NCBI RefSeq assembly: GCF_006345805.1
Contig: NW_021835643.1
Location: 1-25,770 of the forward strand
Length of the DNA: 25,770 bases
Direction of reading: 5' to 3'
DNA from: Octopus sinensis
Lineage: Eukaryota
Below are positions 1 through 9,780 of this stretch, one piece after another. A program made the position numbers and the translations under genes. Positions within the stretch are counted from its first letter, which is position 1. Every line of letters begins with the position of its first letter. The notes under the pieces are model-generated. The model saw only the letters and a program-made list of their open reading frames with translations. It had not been told where the DNA came from and did no database searches.

Positions 1-145
1 CATGATCAAAAAAAAAAAAATACCAGTTGGTTCAATGTAATTGACTCTCCCCCTCCCCCCCGCCACCTCCCCAAGATCAATGAAACTGATTATCCCCCCA
101 CCCCACCCCTAAAATCTGCTGTCTCGCCTTGTGCTAAATTTCAAA

Positions 146-202
146 ACCACCACTACTACTACTACCACTACCACTACCTCTACTACCACCACGACCGCCA
201 CG

Positions 203-240
<38 letters not shown>

Positions 241-494
241 GACCACCACTACTACTACTACTACCACCGCCGCCACCACCACTGCTACTACTACCACTAC
301 CACCACCACCACCATCACCACTACTACTACCGCCACCACCACCAACACTACTACTACTACTACCACCGCCGCCACCACCACTGCTACTACTACCACTACC
401 ACCACCACCACCATCACCACTACTACTACCGCCACCACCACCACACTACTACTACTACTACCGCTACCACCACTAATACTACTACCGCCACCAA

Positions 495-526
<32 letters not shown>
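146..526. repeat. (ACT)/(ACC) trinucleotide repeat with an internal ~99-bp duplication
   Basis: Near-continuous ACT/ACC triplets. The block starting accgccgccaccaccactgct recurs at 266 and 365. This repeat generates the poly-Thr and poly-Val ORFs. Confidence 0.95.
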
Positions 527-934
527 ATGTGCAGCTGGTGTCAAGAAATTTGCATGCATCATTTGCAGTATGGGCGCAGTACTAAGACACCACCACAGAT
601 TAGTGTCACCATGGGCTTGCCTGATTGCTTGTGTGTGTGCGTGCGTGTGTGCGTGTGTGTGTGAGTGTGTGTGTCTGTGTGTGCAGGCAGTGGGGTAGTA
701 TTTTGTGCAACAGACCGTTACTGAGCTCAACGCAGGCAACCTGCAACTGTACACATGCACACCTATACGGATACATTCGACCACACACACACACACACAC
801 CACACATACAATACAAACACGATAGTGTTATTGTGTCGTCTTATCTTTGTCCCTGAGAATGCAGTTTTCCATCCTGGGTCAATAATCTCTGGCTGCACAA
901 ATGCGCATGTGCACCACAATATGTGTACATACAC

Positions 935-981
<47 letters not shown>

Positions 982-1229
982 AATAAAATAGAACATATGC
1001 ATATATATAAACATATATGTACGTACCTACCTCTACATGTAACAATAACCCGCTATATGTGTACAGACACCAAAAAGACGTCGAACACATAGAGAGACGA
1101 AACACATAGACACAAACCAAAGAACAAACAAGCAAAAAAAAAAAAAAAGAGAGAGATACAGGACAATAAGCACAACGAAAAATCCCTTCTTCAGTCGCTA
1201 AGGTTTCATCTACTACTAAACGTTTCGAA

Positions 1230-1268
<39 letters not shown>

Positions 1269-1689
1269 CAGACGTAACAGAGTGACTCATTTGTTTGATA
1301 TGGATCAACTTCATGAAGCTCTCAGACCTTGAATCACTCTGTTATTTCTAACATTGATATATATATATATAGATATATATATATATATATACCGGAGTAA
1401 ACACATAAATGTGAAACAAGGTGGAAAAAAGAGTACTCAAATACCAGTGGTAGAGTAATTGCTTTATTTAAAGCAGCAGAAAATTCAACAAAACTTGATT
1501 TTTGTTGAATTTTCTGCTGCTTTAATAAGCATATATATATATATATATATAATATGAATGTATATATATATGTTGTATATGAATGTGTGTGTATATATAT
1601 ATATTAATATACGTATGTATATATGTATGTATATGAATGTATATATATGTATGTATGTATGTATATATAAATATATATATAAATACAAA

Positions 1690-1855
1690 ATGGGACAAGA
1701 ACGCAAAACATCCAGATAGATGATACAAAGAAAACCAGGATGGCTCATGCGGAGTTTCCTATCCTCAGTCGAGTTCCAGATTATCTTAGCAATTTTGGCT
1801 GGTCATACTCGAGACTGCTCCAATCTGGCCAGCCCCAAAGAAAAACTCTCATACG
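1690..1855 (-). mobile_element. Interspersed repeat fragment (possibly a Penelope-like pLTR), same family as 7247-7420
   Basis: The reverse complement (ttttctttggggctggccagattggagcagtc...gactgaggatag...ttttgcgttcttgtcccattttgtatttt) aligns by eye with 7247-7420. Both copies are flanked by TA microsatellites. The class assignment is inference. Confidence 0.55.
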
Positions 1856-1889
1856 CATATATATGCATATGTATATGTGTGTGTGTATG

Positions 1890-1930
<41 letters not shown>

Positions 1931-2348
1931 CACATATATATACATATGTATATACATATACACACACACACACAACACACTTATTTTTACATAAATCATT
2001 ACCCCATTAGTACCCCACTTTTCTTCAACAGCCCCTTTCAACTTTCCACCACTCCCAGGGAGGAATACCGCCCAGTTTGGGAACCACTGCTCTACACCAT
2101 ACCATACAAAATATACACACCTCCACAACAGAATATATCACTCTACGCATATCATTCTATACACCCTGTTATGGGACAGTATACAGTTCACATATTTTTC
2201 TTTGAGGTTGAGGTTTTTCTCTCTCTTTCTGCCTCTCTTTCTCCTGTTTTTCTTGTAAACCTGTCTACTATGGCACTGTTGCATGACACTCCATATATGG
2301 CTAACACTCAAGAATCTAGAGCACTGTTTATTATTATTGCTATTTAAG

Positions 2349-2358
2349 TTGTTGCTGC

Positions 2359-2407
<49 letters not shown>

Positions 2408-2580
2408 GCTGTTTAGCCCAGGTCAGTCATAATCCAGCATACATACGATCAAAGTCAATCCAGTCTGGACCATCTCACCTTCCATGTAGTCATATAAGCA
2501 TCTCAATCAATCAAGACCCATAATCTAGCTTACGTACGATCGAAGATGTTCCGGACATGGCCATCCCATCTATGTAGTCA
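2349..2580 (-). mobile_element. SINE-like repeat with (CAA)n tail; related fragments at ~3230-3420, ~16300-16420, ~23540-23730, ~24160-24240, ~25110-25260
   Basis: Motifs shared among the copies include gatgggatggtcac..tttgatcata, tgctagaaatagcagccaaat and ctgacctggggctaaac followed by a (caa)n tail. Here the tail reads as (gtt)n at 2349-2410. Confidence 0.6.
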
Positions 2581-2670
2581 CATGATACTTTGGTCACCAA
2601 AAAAACTCTGTAGCTCAGGGTGAGGTGGGGTGGTAGTAGGGTGGGGGAATTATACATAATACATACACCC

Positions 2671-2836
2671 CCCTCCTCAAACATCCTCCCCTCCTCCTCA
2701 ACATCCTCACCCTCCTCCCTTCTCCTCAACATCCTCCCCCTCAACATCCCCTCCTCCTCCTCCTCAACATCCTCCCCCTCCTCAACATCCTCCCCCTCAA
2801 CATCATCCCCTTCCTCCTCAACATCCTCCCCTCCAC
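2671..2836. repeat. Pyrimidine-rich minisatellite, ~18-21 bp unit tcctcaacatcctccccc
   Basis: About 8 degenerate copies of tcctcaacatc(c/a)tccccc. Confidence 0.9.
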
Positions 2837-3801
2837 CCCTATTTCTCCTCACCACCCACCCCGCCCTTGTGTATTCAATCCCACCCCCATTAGGGAGACC
2901 GATACCTCGTGAGTGAATGTGGTAGATGGAAACTGTATGGAAGCCTATCCTGTGTATATGAGTGTGTGTGTGTGTGCATGTGTGTGTGTCTTTGTGTGTT
3001 CGTTCCCACTTCTACCACCACCATCACTATCACCACCACATGATAACCAGTGATGGTTTGTTTATGTCCCCTTAACTTAGCACTTCACTAAAAGAGACCC
3101 ATGGAATAAACACACAGCCTCGTGTCACATGACAAAAACACTTCATTTTCCCCCACAAGCTTTTATTCTGGCATAGTCCACCTAAGATTACACTCTAATC
3201 CTGTATCTTTCTATCTTGTTCTTTTAACTTTTGATAGCACCAGTCGACCGATTGTGTGTCCTTCCTTTTTCTTAAGACAGTTGTTGCTATTTGGAGAAAA
3301 TTTGGCTCCTATTTCTAGCACTTCAGATGACATTGTAGAGGTCTGCTTTCTGGCTTGTGTGTATTTGTATCCTACACCTATAACCCAAGATACACTTAGA
3401 CACATTTAAATATGTCTTCAGAATGTCTGTTGCTTCTAGCTATCCAATACACGAATGGTTTCCTTCACCTTGCATTGATGTTGTTGTTGCTGCTGCTGCT
3501 GCTGCTGCTGTTGTTGTTGTTGTTGTTGTTGCCTGTTGTTGTTGTTGTTGTTGTTGGATTGTTGGTAAAAAAAAGGCCTTGCAGAAGTTCTTCCAGTTCT
3601 TTACATTTCGAGTTCAAATACTGCCAGAGTCGGCTTTGCCTATCATCTTTCCAGAGTCCATGAAATAAGTACCAGTCATGAACTGGGGATCAATGACCCT
3701 GATCTCAGTATAGTTGCCCTTATGCTTATGTCTTTCCATTATCCTAAATGCTCTTTGTACCCCCTGTGGCCAGTAAATTATTATTATTAGTAGTAGTATT
3801 A

Positions 3802-4160
3802 TTGAGTGAGAGAGCAGTGCATGCCATCAAAGTGACACTAGGGTAAAATATACGAAGCCCAATATACCCATCATGACTACCCGTCTGATAAGGGTACACC
3901 AGGCACATGCATCACAACCATATGTGTGTGACATGGTGATCTCATATCAAGATAAACAGCGCATGATCTTGCAGGTGGGGCCCAGTTAGAATTTCCTTCT
4001 GATCAAGTAGCCCATCCCACTCAAAAAGTCTCTGAATAAGGGTTGTTTAAGGATGTTGAATGAAACACCCATGTTTCCAAAGGTGAATTATTCAAGCCCC
4101 AAAGAATCCCTCTCAACACATGGCTATGATACTCCCCCACTACTGCTCATGATCAGTACT
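3802..4160 (+). mobile_element. Interspersed repeat (retroposon fragment); inverted copies at 10495-10670 and 12140-12246
   Basis: ttgagtgagagagcagtgcatgccatcaaagtgacac...atacccatcatgactacccgtctgataaggg matches the reverse complement of the two other segments. Copies abut (AAT)n tails. Confidence 0.8.
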
Positions 4161-4250
4161 GCATCAGGGCATTTATTATTATATTATTAGTATTATTATT
4201 ATTATTATTATTATATTATTTCTATTATTATATTATTATTTATTATTATT

Positions 4251-4425
4251 AAGGCGTTAGCACGCTGGACGAAATGCTTAGCGGTATTTCGCCCAAGTTG
4301 ACTTTACCTCTCCTCCTTTCAGGGGGTCGATAAATTAAGTACGAGTTGCATGCTGGGGTCAATGTAATCGACTGTCCCCTTCCTACCAAATTTCAGGCCT
4401 TGTGCCTATAGCAGAAAGGATTTTT
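4251..4425 (+). mobile_element. tRNA-derived SINE monomer (aaggcgg family), degenerate
   Basis: gaaatgcttagcggtatttcg...gactttacctctcctcctttcagggggtcgataaattaagtac matches the copies at 6556, 10945 and 17661. Confidence 0.85.
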
Positions 4426-4955
4426 ATTATCATTATCGCATAGCCTCAGCTGAAATTTGAACCAGCTAACCTATGCTTAATGGTATTCATGGTACAAACA
4501 TCACACCTTTTGTTTCACATCTCTTTGTTCATTCAGGCAAAGTATACCTAGGACTATGTAATCCATTGGGTCTTTTTTTTTTTTTTCTGAAAAATGTAGT
4601 ATATGATTCAAGACATACATTTAACTGTCACGTCTAGTAAGATTTTTCATTGCAATACTACGTTGGTATTCTGCTGTTTGTGAGTTCAATCTCTGGCTAC
4701 AGTGGGCCTTTCAGTATTACTGTTTCTGCTCGTAATTGCTTTTTGATGCTGCCACAAGTAGGAAGAGATTTTCTTTGTTTTGTGTTTTGTTGTGTTTTTT
4801 TTTTATGGGGGGTTCTGGTAATACTTGTGTTTTTTTTATATTTTTCTGTTTATTTTTCCTTGTTTTCTTGTTGTTTTGTTGGTTAGTGTTCATGTTATTT
4901 TAGTTAACACACACACACACATATTTATATATATGTATATACATTAAATACATAC

Positions 4956-5068
<113 letters not shown>

Positions 5069-5128
5069 CATATTTAGTGAAGGGAAGAAATGGAGCTGAA
5101 CGAAGATTCTACAGAATTCCTTTTTATT

Positions 5129-5213
5129 ATTTTCTACACATGTTTCAAAGGCCGCAAATTTCCAAATTCGGATTGAATAAGGAGACCATTTTCAACTTTC
5201 TCTTCAGGAAAAT
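5129..5213 (-). ncRNA. Minimal type I hammerhead ribozyme motif (stem II degenerate)
   Basis: The minus strand reads attttc-CUGAAGA-gaaag...ccttt-GAAAC-AUGU-GU-A-gaaaat. Stem I is a perfect 6 bp, the core is intact and the cleavage triplet is GUA. Confidence 0.65.
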
Positions 5214-5336
5214 CCAGGAATTCAAATCTCTAAACAAATGCGCAGGAGAGACAGTTTGTGCCATTCCATGGGCTCCTAAGGAGCGTTTTGTTCGAATTGC
5301 TTGCTGCGCATTTGTTTTGGAGATTTAAATTCCTGG

Positions 5337-5419
5337 ATTTCCTGAAGAAAAGCTGCAGAATGTCTCCTTATTCAATCCGAATTTGGAAATTTGCAGCCTT
5401 TGAAACATGTGTAGAAAAT
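5337..5419 (+). ncRNA. Minimal type I hammerhead ribozyme motif, sense to Runx
   Basis: tttc-CUGAAGA(5342-5348)-aaagctgca...tgcagccttt-GAAAC(5402-5406)-AUGU-GU-A(5413)-gaaa. Stem I is 4 bp, stem II is ~9 bp with one bulge, and stem III is 2 bp. Confidence 0.7.
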
Positions 5420-5624
5420 AATAAAAGGAATTCTGTAGAATCTTCGTTCAGCTCCATTTCTTTCCTTCACTAAATATATAAAACTTCAAATTTCCGCATT
5501 AAGGCACGGGTTTGAGACCCCATGGTCGTAACCTCAACCGTGTTTTTTCTGTTGTGATTTTTGCTACCCAGGTATCGCTTAAATTTTGAATAATCCGTAA
5601 CAAAATAATTCATTTATCCATTTC

Positions 5625-5662
<38 letters not shown>

Positions 5663-5902
5663 TGCAATCTATTCTCTACTTCTAGTTTGGTTTTGAGTAC
5701 ATTTCTCCTATCCATTACCAGTGACAAGTGAGTGTGTGTGTCTATATATATATATATGTATATATATACATATATATATATATCCACATATATATATATA
5801 TATAGATATATATATATATTATGTATATGTGCCACTCATGTGTAAGCTGGTTCTGTTGGTTTTTTCATCCCCTTGTATAGAATGTTTTTCTCCTTCTTAC
5901 AG

Positions 5903-6019
5903 GAATTAGAATTGAGGAAAGAATGGTTAGGTTCGGTGCCAAAACTGCAAATTTGGACTTGTTCCACCCAAGCTGGCAGACTTTATCAAAATCGGCCGAT
6001 CACGCCTTCTCACTAAAAG
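5903..6019 (+). CDS. Runx: Candidate alternative Runx exon (117 nt, phase 1-1): (R)IRIEERMVRFGAKTANLDLFHPSWQTLSKSADHAFSLK
   Basis: Strong acceptor tgtttttctccttcttacAG|GA and donor AAG|GTACCA. The frame is open in the same phase as the other exons, and the start xIRIEER resembles xLRTDDR of the 7659 exon. There is no transcript evidence. Confidence 0.5.
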
Positions 6020-6517
6020 GTACCAGCTTTGTTTGGCCTTCCTGGTCTTTCATCATTCTCTCTCTTTCACTCTCTCTCTCTCTCTCTCTCTCACTCACTC
6101 ACTTACTCACTCTCTCTCTCTTCATTGTTGTAACTCTGTTGTGTTCTCATCCAGTGTCACCATCATCATCATCATCGTCATCATCACCATCATCGTCCCT
6201 TTAACGTCCACTTCTCCATCCTTGTATGGGTCAGGCGAAATTCACCGAGGCGCATTTTCTACAGCTGTATGCTCTTACTGTCACCAACCTTCACCCGTTT
6301 CTAAAGATTGTCGATATTTCCCCCCTGACACATATTTACCGAAGATCACAAATGAATGACACTGCTTGTACAACAGTGACACTCGTCTACAACTATTGAG
6401 CAATGACAAGACAAGGTCACACACACACACACACACACACACAGTATATTGGTCAAAGAAAATGAATGCCTTAAATCAGAGATTAGACCTTATGGTGTTA
6501 TCTTCAGTTCTTTAACA

Positions 6518-6904
6518 AAGGCGGCGAGCTGGAAGAACCATTGGCACACTGGTTCAAGGCGGCAAACTGGCAGAATCGTTAGCACACCGGGTGAAATGCT
6601 TAGCCGTATTTCATCTGGCATTAACGTTCTGAGTTCAAATTCCACCGAGGTCGACTTTGCCTTTCATCCTTTTGGGGTTGATTAAATAAGTACCAGTTAC
6701 GCACTGGGGTCGATATGATCGACTTAATCCGTTTGTCTGTCCTTGTTTGTCCCCTCTGTGTTTAGCCCCTTGTGGGCAGTAAAGAAATAGGTATTTCATC
6801 TGGCATTAACGTTCTGAGTTCAAATTCCACCGAGGTCGACTTTGCCTTTCATCCTTTCGGGGTCGATAAATTAAGTACCAGTTATGCACTGGGGTTGATG
6901 TAAT
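6518..6904 (+). mobile_element. tRNA-derived SINE with duplicated head fragment and a head-less tandem second unit
   Basis: Heads start at 6518 (partial) and 6556. There is an A-box-like tggcagaatcgttag and a B-box gagttcaaattcc. Body units start gtatttcatctggc at 6606 and 6791 (185 bp apart). Confidence 0.9.
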
Positions 6905-7178
6905 ATAAAATAAAATAAAAAGTATTTACTTTTTATTTTCACACACAAAGAATACCTATGACTAGAATTGGTAGCATACCTTAAGAATACTACCAGCTGT
7001 TTAGGAATTCTAAGGGTAAACAAACTCTATTTGTACTCTTATAAGTTCTTAACAGAACACACCTCAACTATATTATATTATATTATATATATATATATAT
7101 GTGTGTGTGTGTGGTGTGTGTGTGTGTATGTATGTATGTATATATATGTGTGTGGTATTATATATTTAATATATATAT

Positions 7179-7220
<42 letters not shown>

Positions 7221-7246
7221 TATATTTTATATATATATATATAATA

Positions 7247-7420
7247 TATGGCTTAGATTTTCCTTTGGGCTGGTCAGGTCGGGGCAATCTAAGATTAATC
7301 AGCCGAATTGCGAGGATGATCCGGTTCCTGACTGAAGATTGAAGGCTTCGAATGTCCCCTCCGTGTTTTTGTATCGTCTCCTAAAGTTTTTCGTTCTTGT
7401 TCCAGTTTGTATTTTCTTAC
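7247..7420 (+). mobile_element. Interspersed repeat fragment, same family as 1690-1855
   Basis: ttttcctttgggctggtcaggtcggggcaatc...gactgaagattg...tttttcgttcttgttccagtttgtatttt aligns with the reverse complement of 1690-1855. Confidence 0.55.
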
Positions 7421-7440
7421 ATATACATATACATATATAA

Positions 7441-7472
<32 letters not shown>

Positions 7473-7658
7473 GCACATATATATATAATATGTATGTAAT
7501 TTTATATATATATATAATATATATATATATTATATATATGCATATATATAATATGCATATATATGTATGTATGTATGGATATGCATGTGTGTGTACATGT
7601 GTATGTATATATATATGTGTATATATAATGTCTTTTATTCCATCTTTTCCATTTTCAG

Positions 7659-7853
7659 AACTTCGCACTGATGACCGCCGACTCCACCAGCGCCCCGGTC
7701 CCCTCAACTTACCCGTGGAACGGACCCTACCCGACCCCCTCAGCGAACGCAGATATTCCACCCACCTTGCTGAGCTCGAGCATCTTCGCCGATCCACGAT
7801 CCACCACCCGGATGTCTCCCGGGTGGAACCAAACGGATTTCATCCACCCTCAG
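7659..7853 (+). CDS. Runx: Runx/Runt-family transcription factor, internal exon downstream of the Runt domain (195 nt, phase 1-1)
   Basis: Acceptor ttttccattttcAG|AA and donor TCAG|GTATGC. It encodes xLRTDDRRLHQRPGPLNLPVERTLPDPLSERRYSTHLAELEHLRRSTIHHPDVSRVEPNGFHPPS. LAELEHLRRS matches RUNX1 LSELEQLRRT, and it splices in frame to the VWRPY exon. Confidence 0.9.
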
Positions 7854-7884
7854 GTATGCAACTGTCCTAGCATCTTTGTTAACC

Positions 7885-8450
7885 CTTACTCTTTTGCCCT
7901 TTTACTCTTTTACTTGTTTCAGTCATTTGACTGTGGCCATGCTGGAGCACCGCCTTTAGTCGAGCAAATCGATCCCCAGGACTTATTCTTTGTAAGCCTA
8001 GTACTTATTCTATCGGTCTCTTTTTGCCAAACCGCTAAGTTACGGTGACGTAAACACACCAGCATCGGTGTCAAGCGATGTTGGTGGGGACAAACACAGA
8101 CACATAAACACCCACACCATACATACATATATATATATATATATTATATATATATATATATTTATATTATACATATATATATATATATAATACATACATA
8201 TATATATAATATACATATATACGATGGGCTTCTTTCAGTTTCTGTCTACCAATCCACTCACAAAGGCTTGGTTGGCCCGAGGCTATAGTAGAAGACACTT
8301 TCCCAAGGTGCTACACAGTGGGACTGAACCTGGAACCATGTGGCTGGTAAACAAGCTACTTACCACACAGCCACTCCTAGTGGGACTGAACCCGGAACCA
8401 TGTGGTTGGTAAGCAAGCTACTTACCACACAGCCACGCCTACGCCTACGC
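7885..8450 (-). mobile_element. tRNA-derived CORE-type SINE with internal microsatellite and a tandem-duplicated head segment
   Basis: The reverse complement contains gtggctgtgtggtaag...ccgggttcagtcccact...caccttgggaaagtgtcttc, a tRNA-like head plus a MIR/CORE-like ccttgggcaagt motif. The head segment is present twice (~8319-8437). It resembles the tRNA-derived octopus SINEs (OK/OR1/OR2); the family is not assigned. Confidence 0.85.
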
Positions 8451-8454
8451 CTAT

Positions 8455-8730
8455 GTATGTTTTTAGAATGACATTGTAGGGTAGGGAGACAGACCAGATC
8501 TGGTTGGTTTGAACACAAAACAGGTGGAATATTTAGACTGGATAGAGCCAGTTCAATTCTTTAGCATTCAGGTTCTCCTCACATTGTTTTTGGTTAATCC
8601 TGCATAATCCCAGAGCTTTGAGATTTCAAGAGATGTGATTGTTTATTTTTAGAATGACATTATAGGGTAGGTGTGAGAGGTCAGACCTGGCTGCTTTGAA
8701 CCCGTAAAATACTTAGGCCAGATGCTGGTA
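8455..8730. repeat. Two copies of a dispersed repeat beginning tttagaatgacatt(g/a)tagggtagg
   Basis: The motif is repeated at ~8462 and ~8648 with a similar downstream ...ctgg...tttgaac. Confidence 0.6.
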
Positions 8731-8735
8731 GTCCA

Positions 8736-9105
8736 TTAGTGTCTGATGATGGCAAAGTCCGTGTTCTCAGCAATGACAGTTAGAAGGCTGAGACACACAG
8801 ACACCTGTGCATCAAGCTGTTTTAAATAGGAGAACCATCGCATAGATAACCCCACCCTCTCAGCAGAAAGAACCTTGACCCAGCGACACAAAAAACCATT
8901 ATAGCTGGAGATCCTTCCTGCTGCAGTGGACGATCGGGGGTCCATAGCGTGTCGTCATGCTCTAGGCCCTCCACAACACCTGCTGGTTCTGCTTTCTTGA
9001 CCACTGGACCCCACTGGTGGTCTCCTCTGCCCAGTACGATAGAACTGGTCTTGCACGCATGGGTAGACAAGCTCTTATGCCATATGTGGTCAGTTGAAAT
9101 GCTCA
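8736..9105 (-). mobile_element. Possible highly decayed RTE-like LINE C-terminal remnant
   Basis: The minus-strand peptide GFLCRWVKVLSAERVGL...WFSYLKQLD loosely resembles RTE post-RT C-termini (GHVAR...VLSAED..GW.RPRGRP..SWLRQLD). It is adjacent to an RTE-type 3' end at 9117. Confidence 0.35.
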
Positions 9106-9116
9106 CCATCATCATC

Positions 9117-9370
9117 ATCATCGTTTAACATCCGCTTTCCATGCTAGCATGGGTTGAACGATTTTGACTGAGGGCTGGCGAACCAGATGGCTGCTCCAGG
9201 CTCCAATCTTGATTTGGTAGAGTTTCTACAGCTGGATGCCCTTCCTAACGCCATCCCCTCCAAAAGTGTAGTGGGTGCTTTTTACGTGTCACCGGCATGA
9301 GGGCCCGTCAGGCGGTACTGGCAACGACCTCGCTCGAATTCTTTTACACATGCCACCAGCACAGGTGCCA
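9117..9370 (-). mobile_element. RTE-LINE-related 3' end / SINE with (GAT)n tail; further copies at 10338-10495 and 12335-12585
   Basis: (cat)n cgtttaac(a/g)tccgctttccatgct..catggg and ggatgcccttcctaacgcc. The latter is the reverse complement of the motif gttaggaagggcatcc typical of RTE-clade 3' ends. Confidence 0.8.
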
Positions 9371-9439
9371 AAGCATTAAATATTCCATTCTCACATGGGT
9401 AGGCTGGGTATACAAATTTAAACATTTTGACATCAACCT

Positions 9440-9780
9440 GCTTGTTTTAAAGTGATTAAAATTAAAATTAAAACCTCCCATCAAAGTTACATCTTAATTT
9501 ATGTTCCAAACACAAACTTAACGACCAAGTTCTTTTGCTGAATTCTTCATTATTTTCAAAAAGGTTAATTGGCACAAAGGCATGGTATTTCAACAGGATA
9601 TGGTAACAAAAGGGTTAAAGTGAATCTTATTTAAAAACCTTCCATCAAAATTTCCTGTTTATTTATATTCTAAAAACTTCTTTAATAAGGACAAAATTAT
9701 ATTACTAAATTCTTTGTAATTAAAAAAGAAGATAGTGTATTTCGACAGAAATATGGTTAAAAAAGAAATGGGTTAAATAT
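9440..9780. repeat. Two tandem degenerate copies of an AT-rich MITE-like end terminating in (aaa)gggttaa
   Basis: aaaacct(c/t)ccatcaaa...gtattt(c)(a/g)acag(g/a)a(t/a)atggt...gggttaa occurs twice, ending at ~9618 and ~9777. The TTAA-type end suggests a piggyBac-like non-autonomous element (inference). Confidence 0.5.

Larger units (their letters stand above)
5070..5477. mobile_element. Foldback element: two inverted ~175-bp arms (5070-5245, 5304-5477) with a 58-bp spacer, each arm carrying a hammerhead motif; probably Penelope-like pLTR derived
   Basis: The left arm atatttagtgaagggaagaaatggagctgaacgaagattctacag... is the reverse complement of the right arm ending ...ctgtagaatcttcgttcagctccatttctttccttcactaaatat, with few mismatches. 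Confidence 0.9.

Noticed and set aside
109-664. 177-aa poly-Thr (mucin-like) ORF and antisense poly-Val ORF
   Set aside because: These are translations of an ACT/ACC microsatellite, with no splice signals or non-repetitive coding content.
1185-1235. Minus-strand GAAAC and CUGAAGA in type II hammerhead order
   Set aside because: Helix I does not pair, and the apparent helix II would consume core residues G8/A9.
7250-7342. GWSGRGN resembling the Runt-domain GRSGRGK
   Set aside because: The flanking residues do not match the Runt domain, and the segment belongs to a repeat family also present at 1690-1855.
7671-8048. Alternative-frame ORF (MTADSTSAPVPSTYPW...) overlapping the Runx exon
   Set aside because: Open alternative frames are expected in a short C-rich exon. 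It reads into a SINE, or stops after three codons if spliced to 12746.
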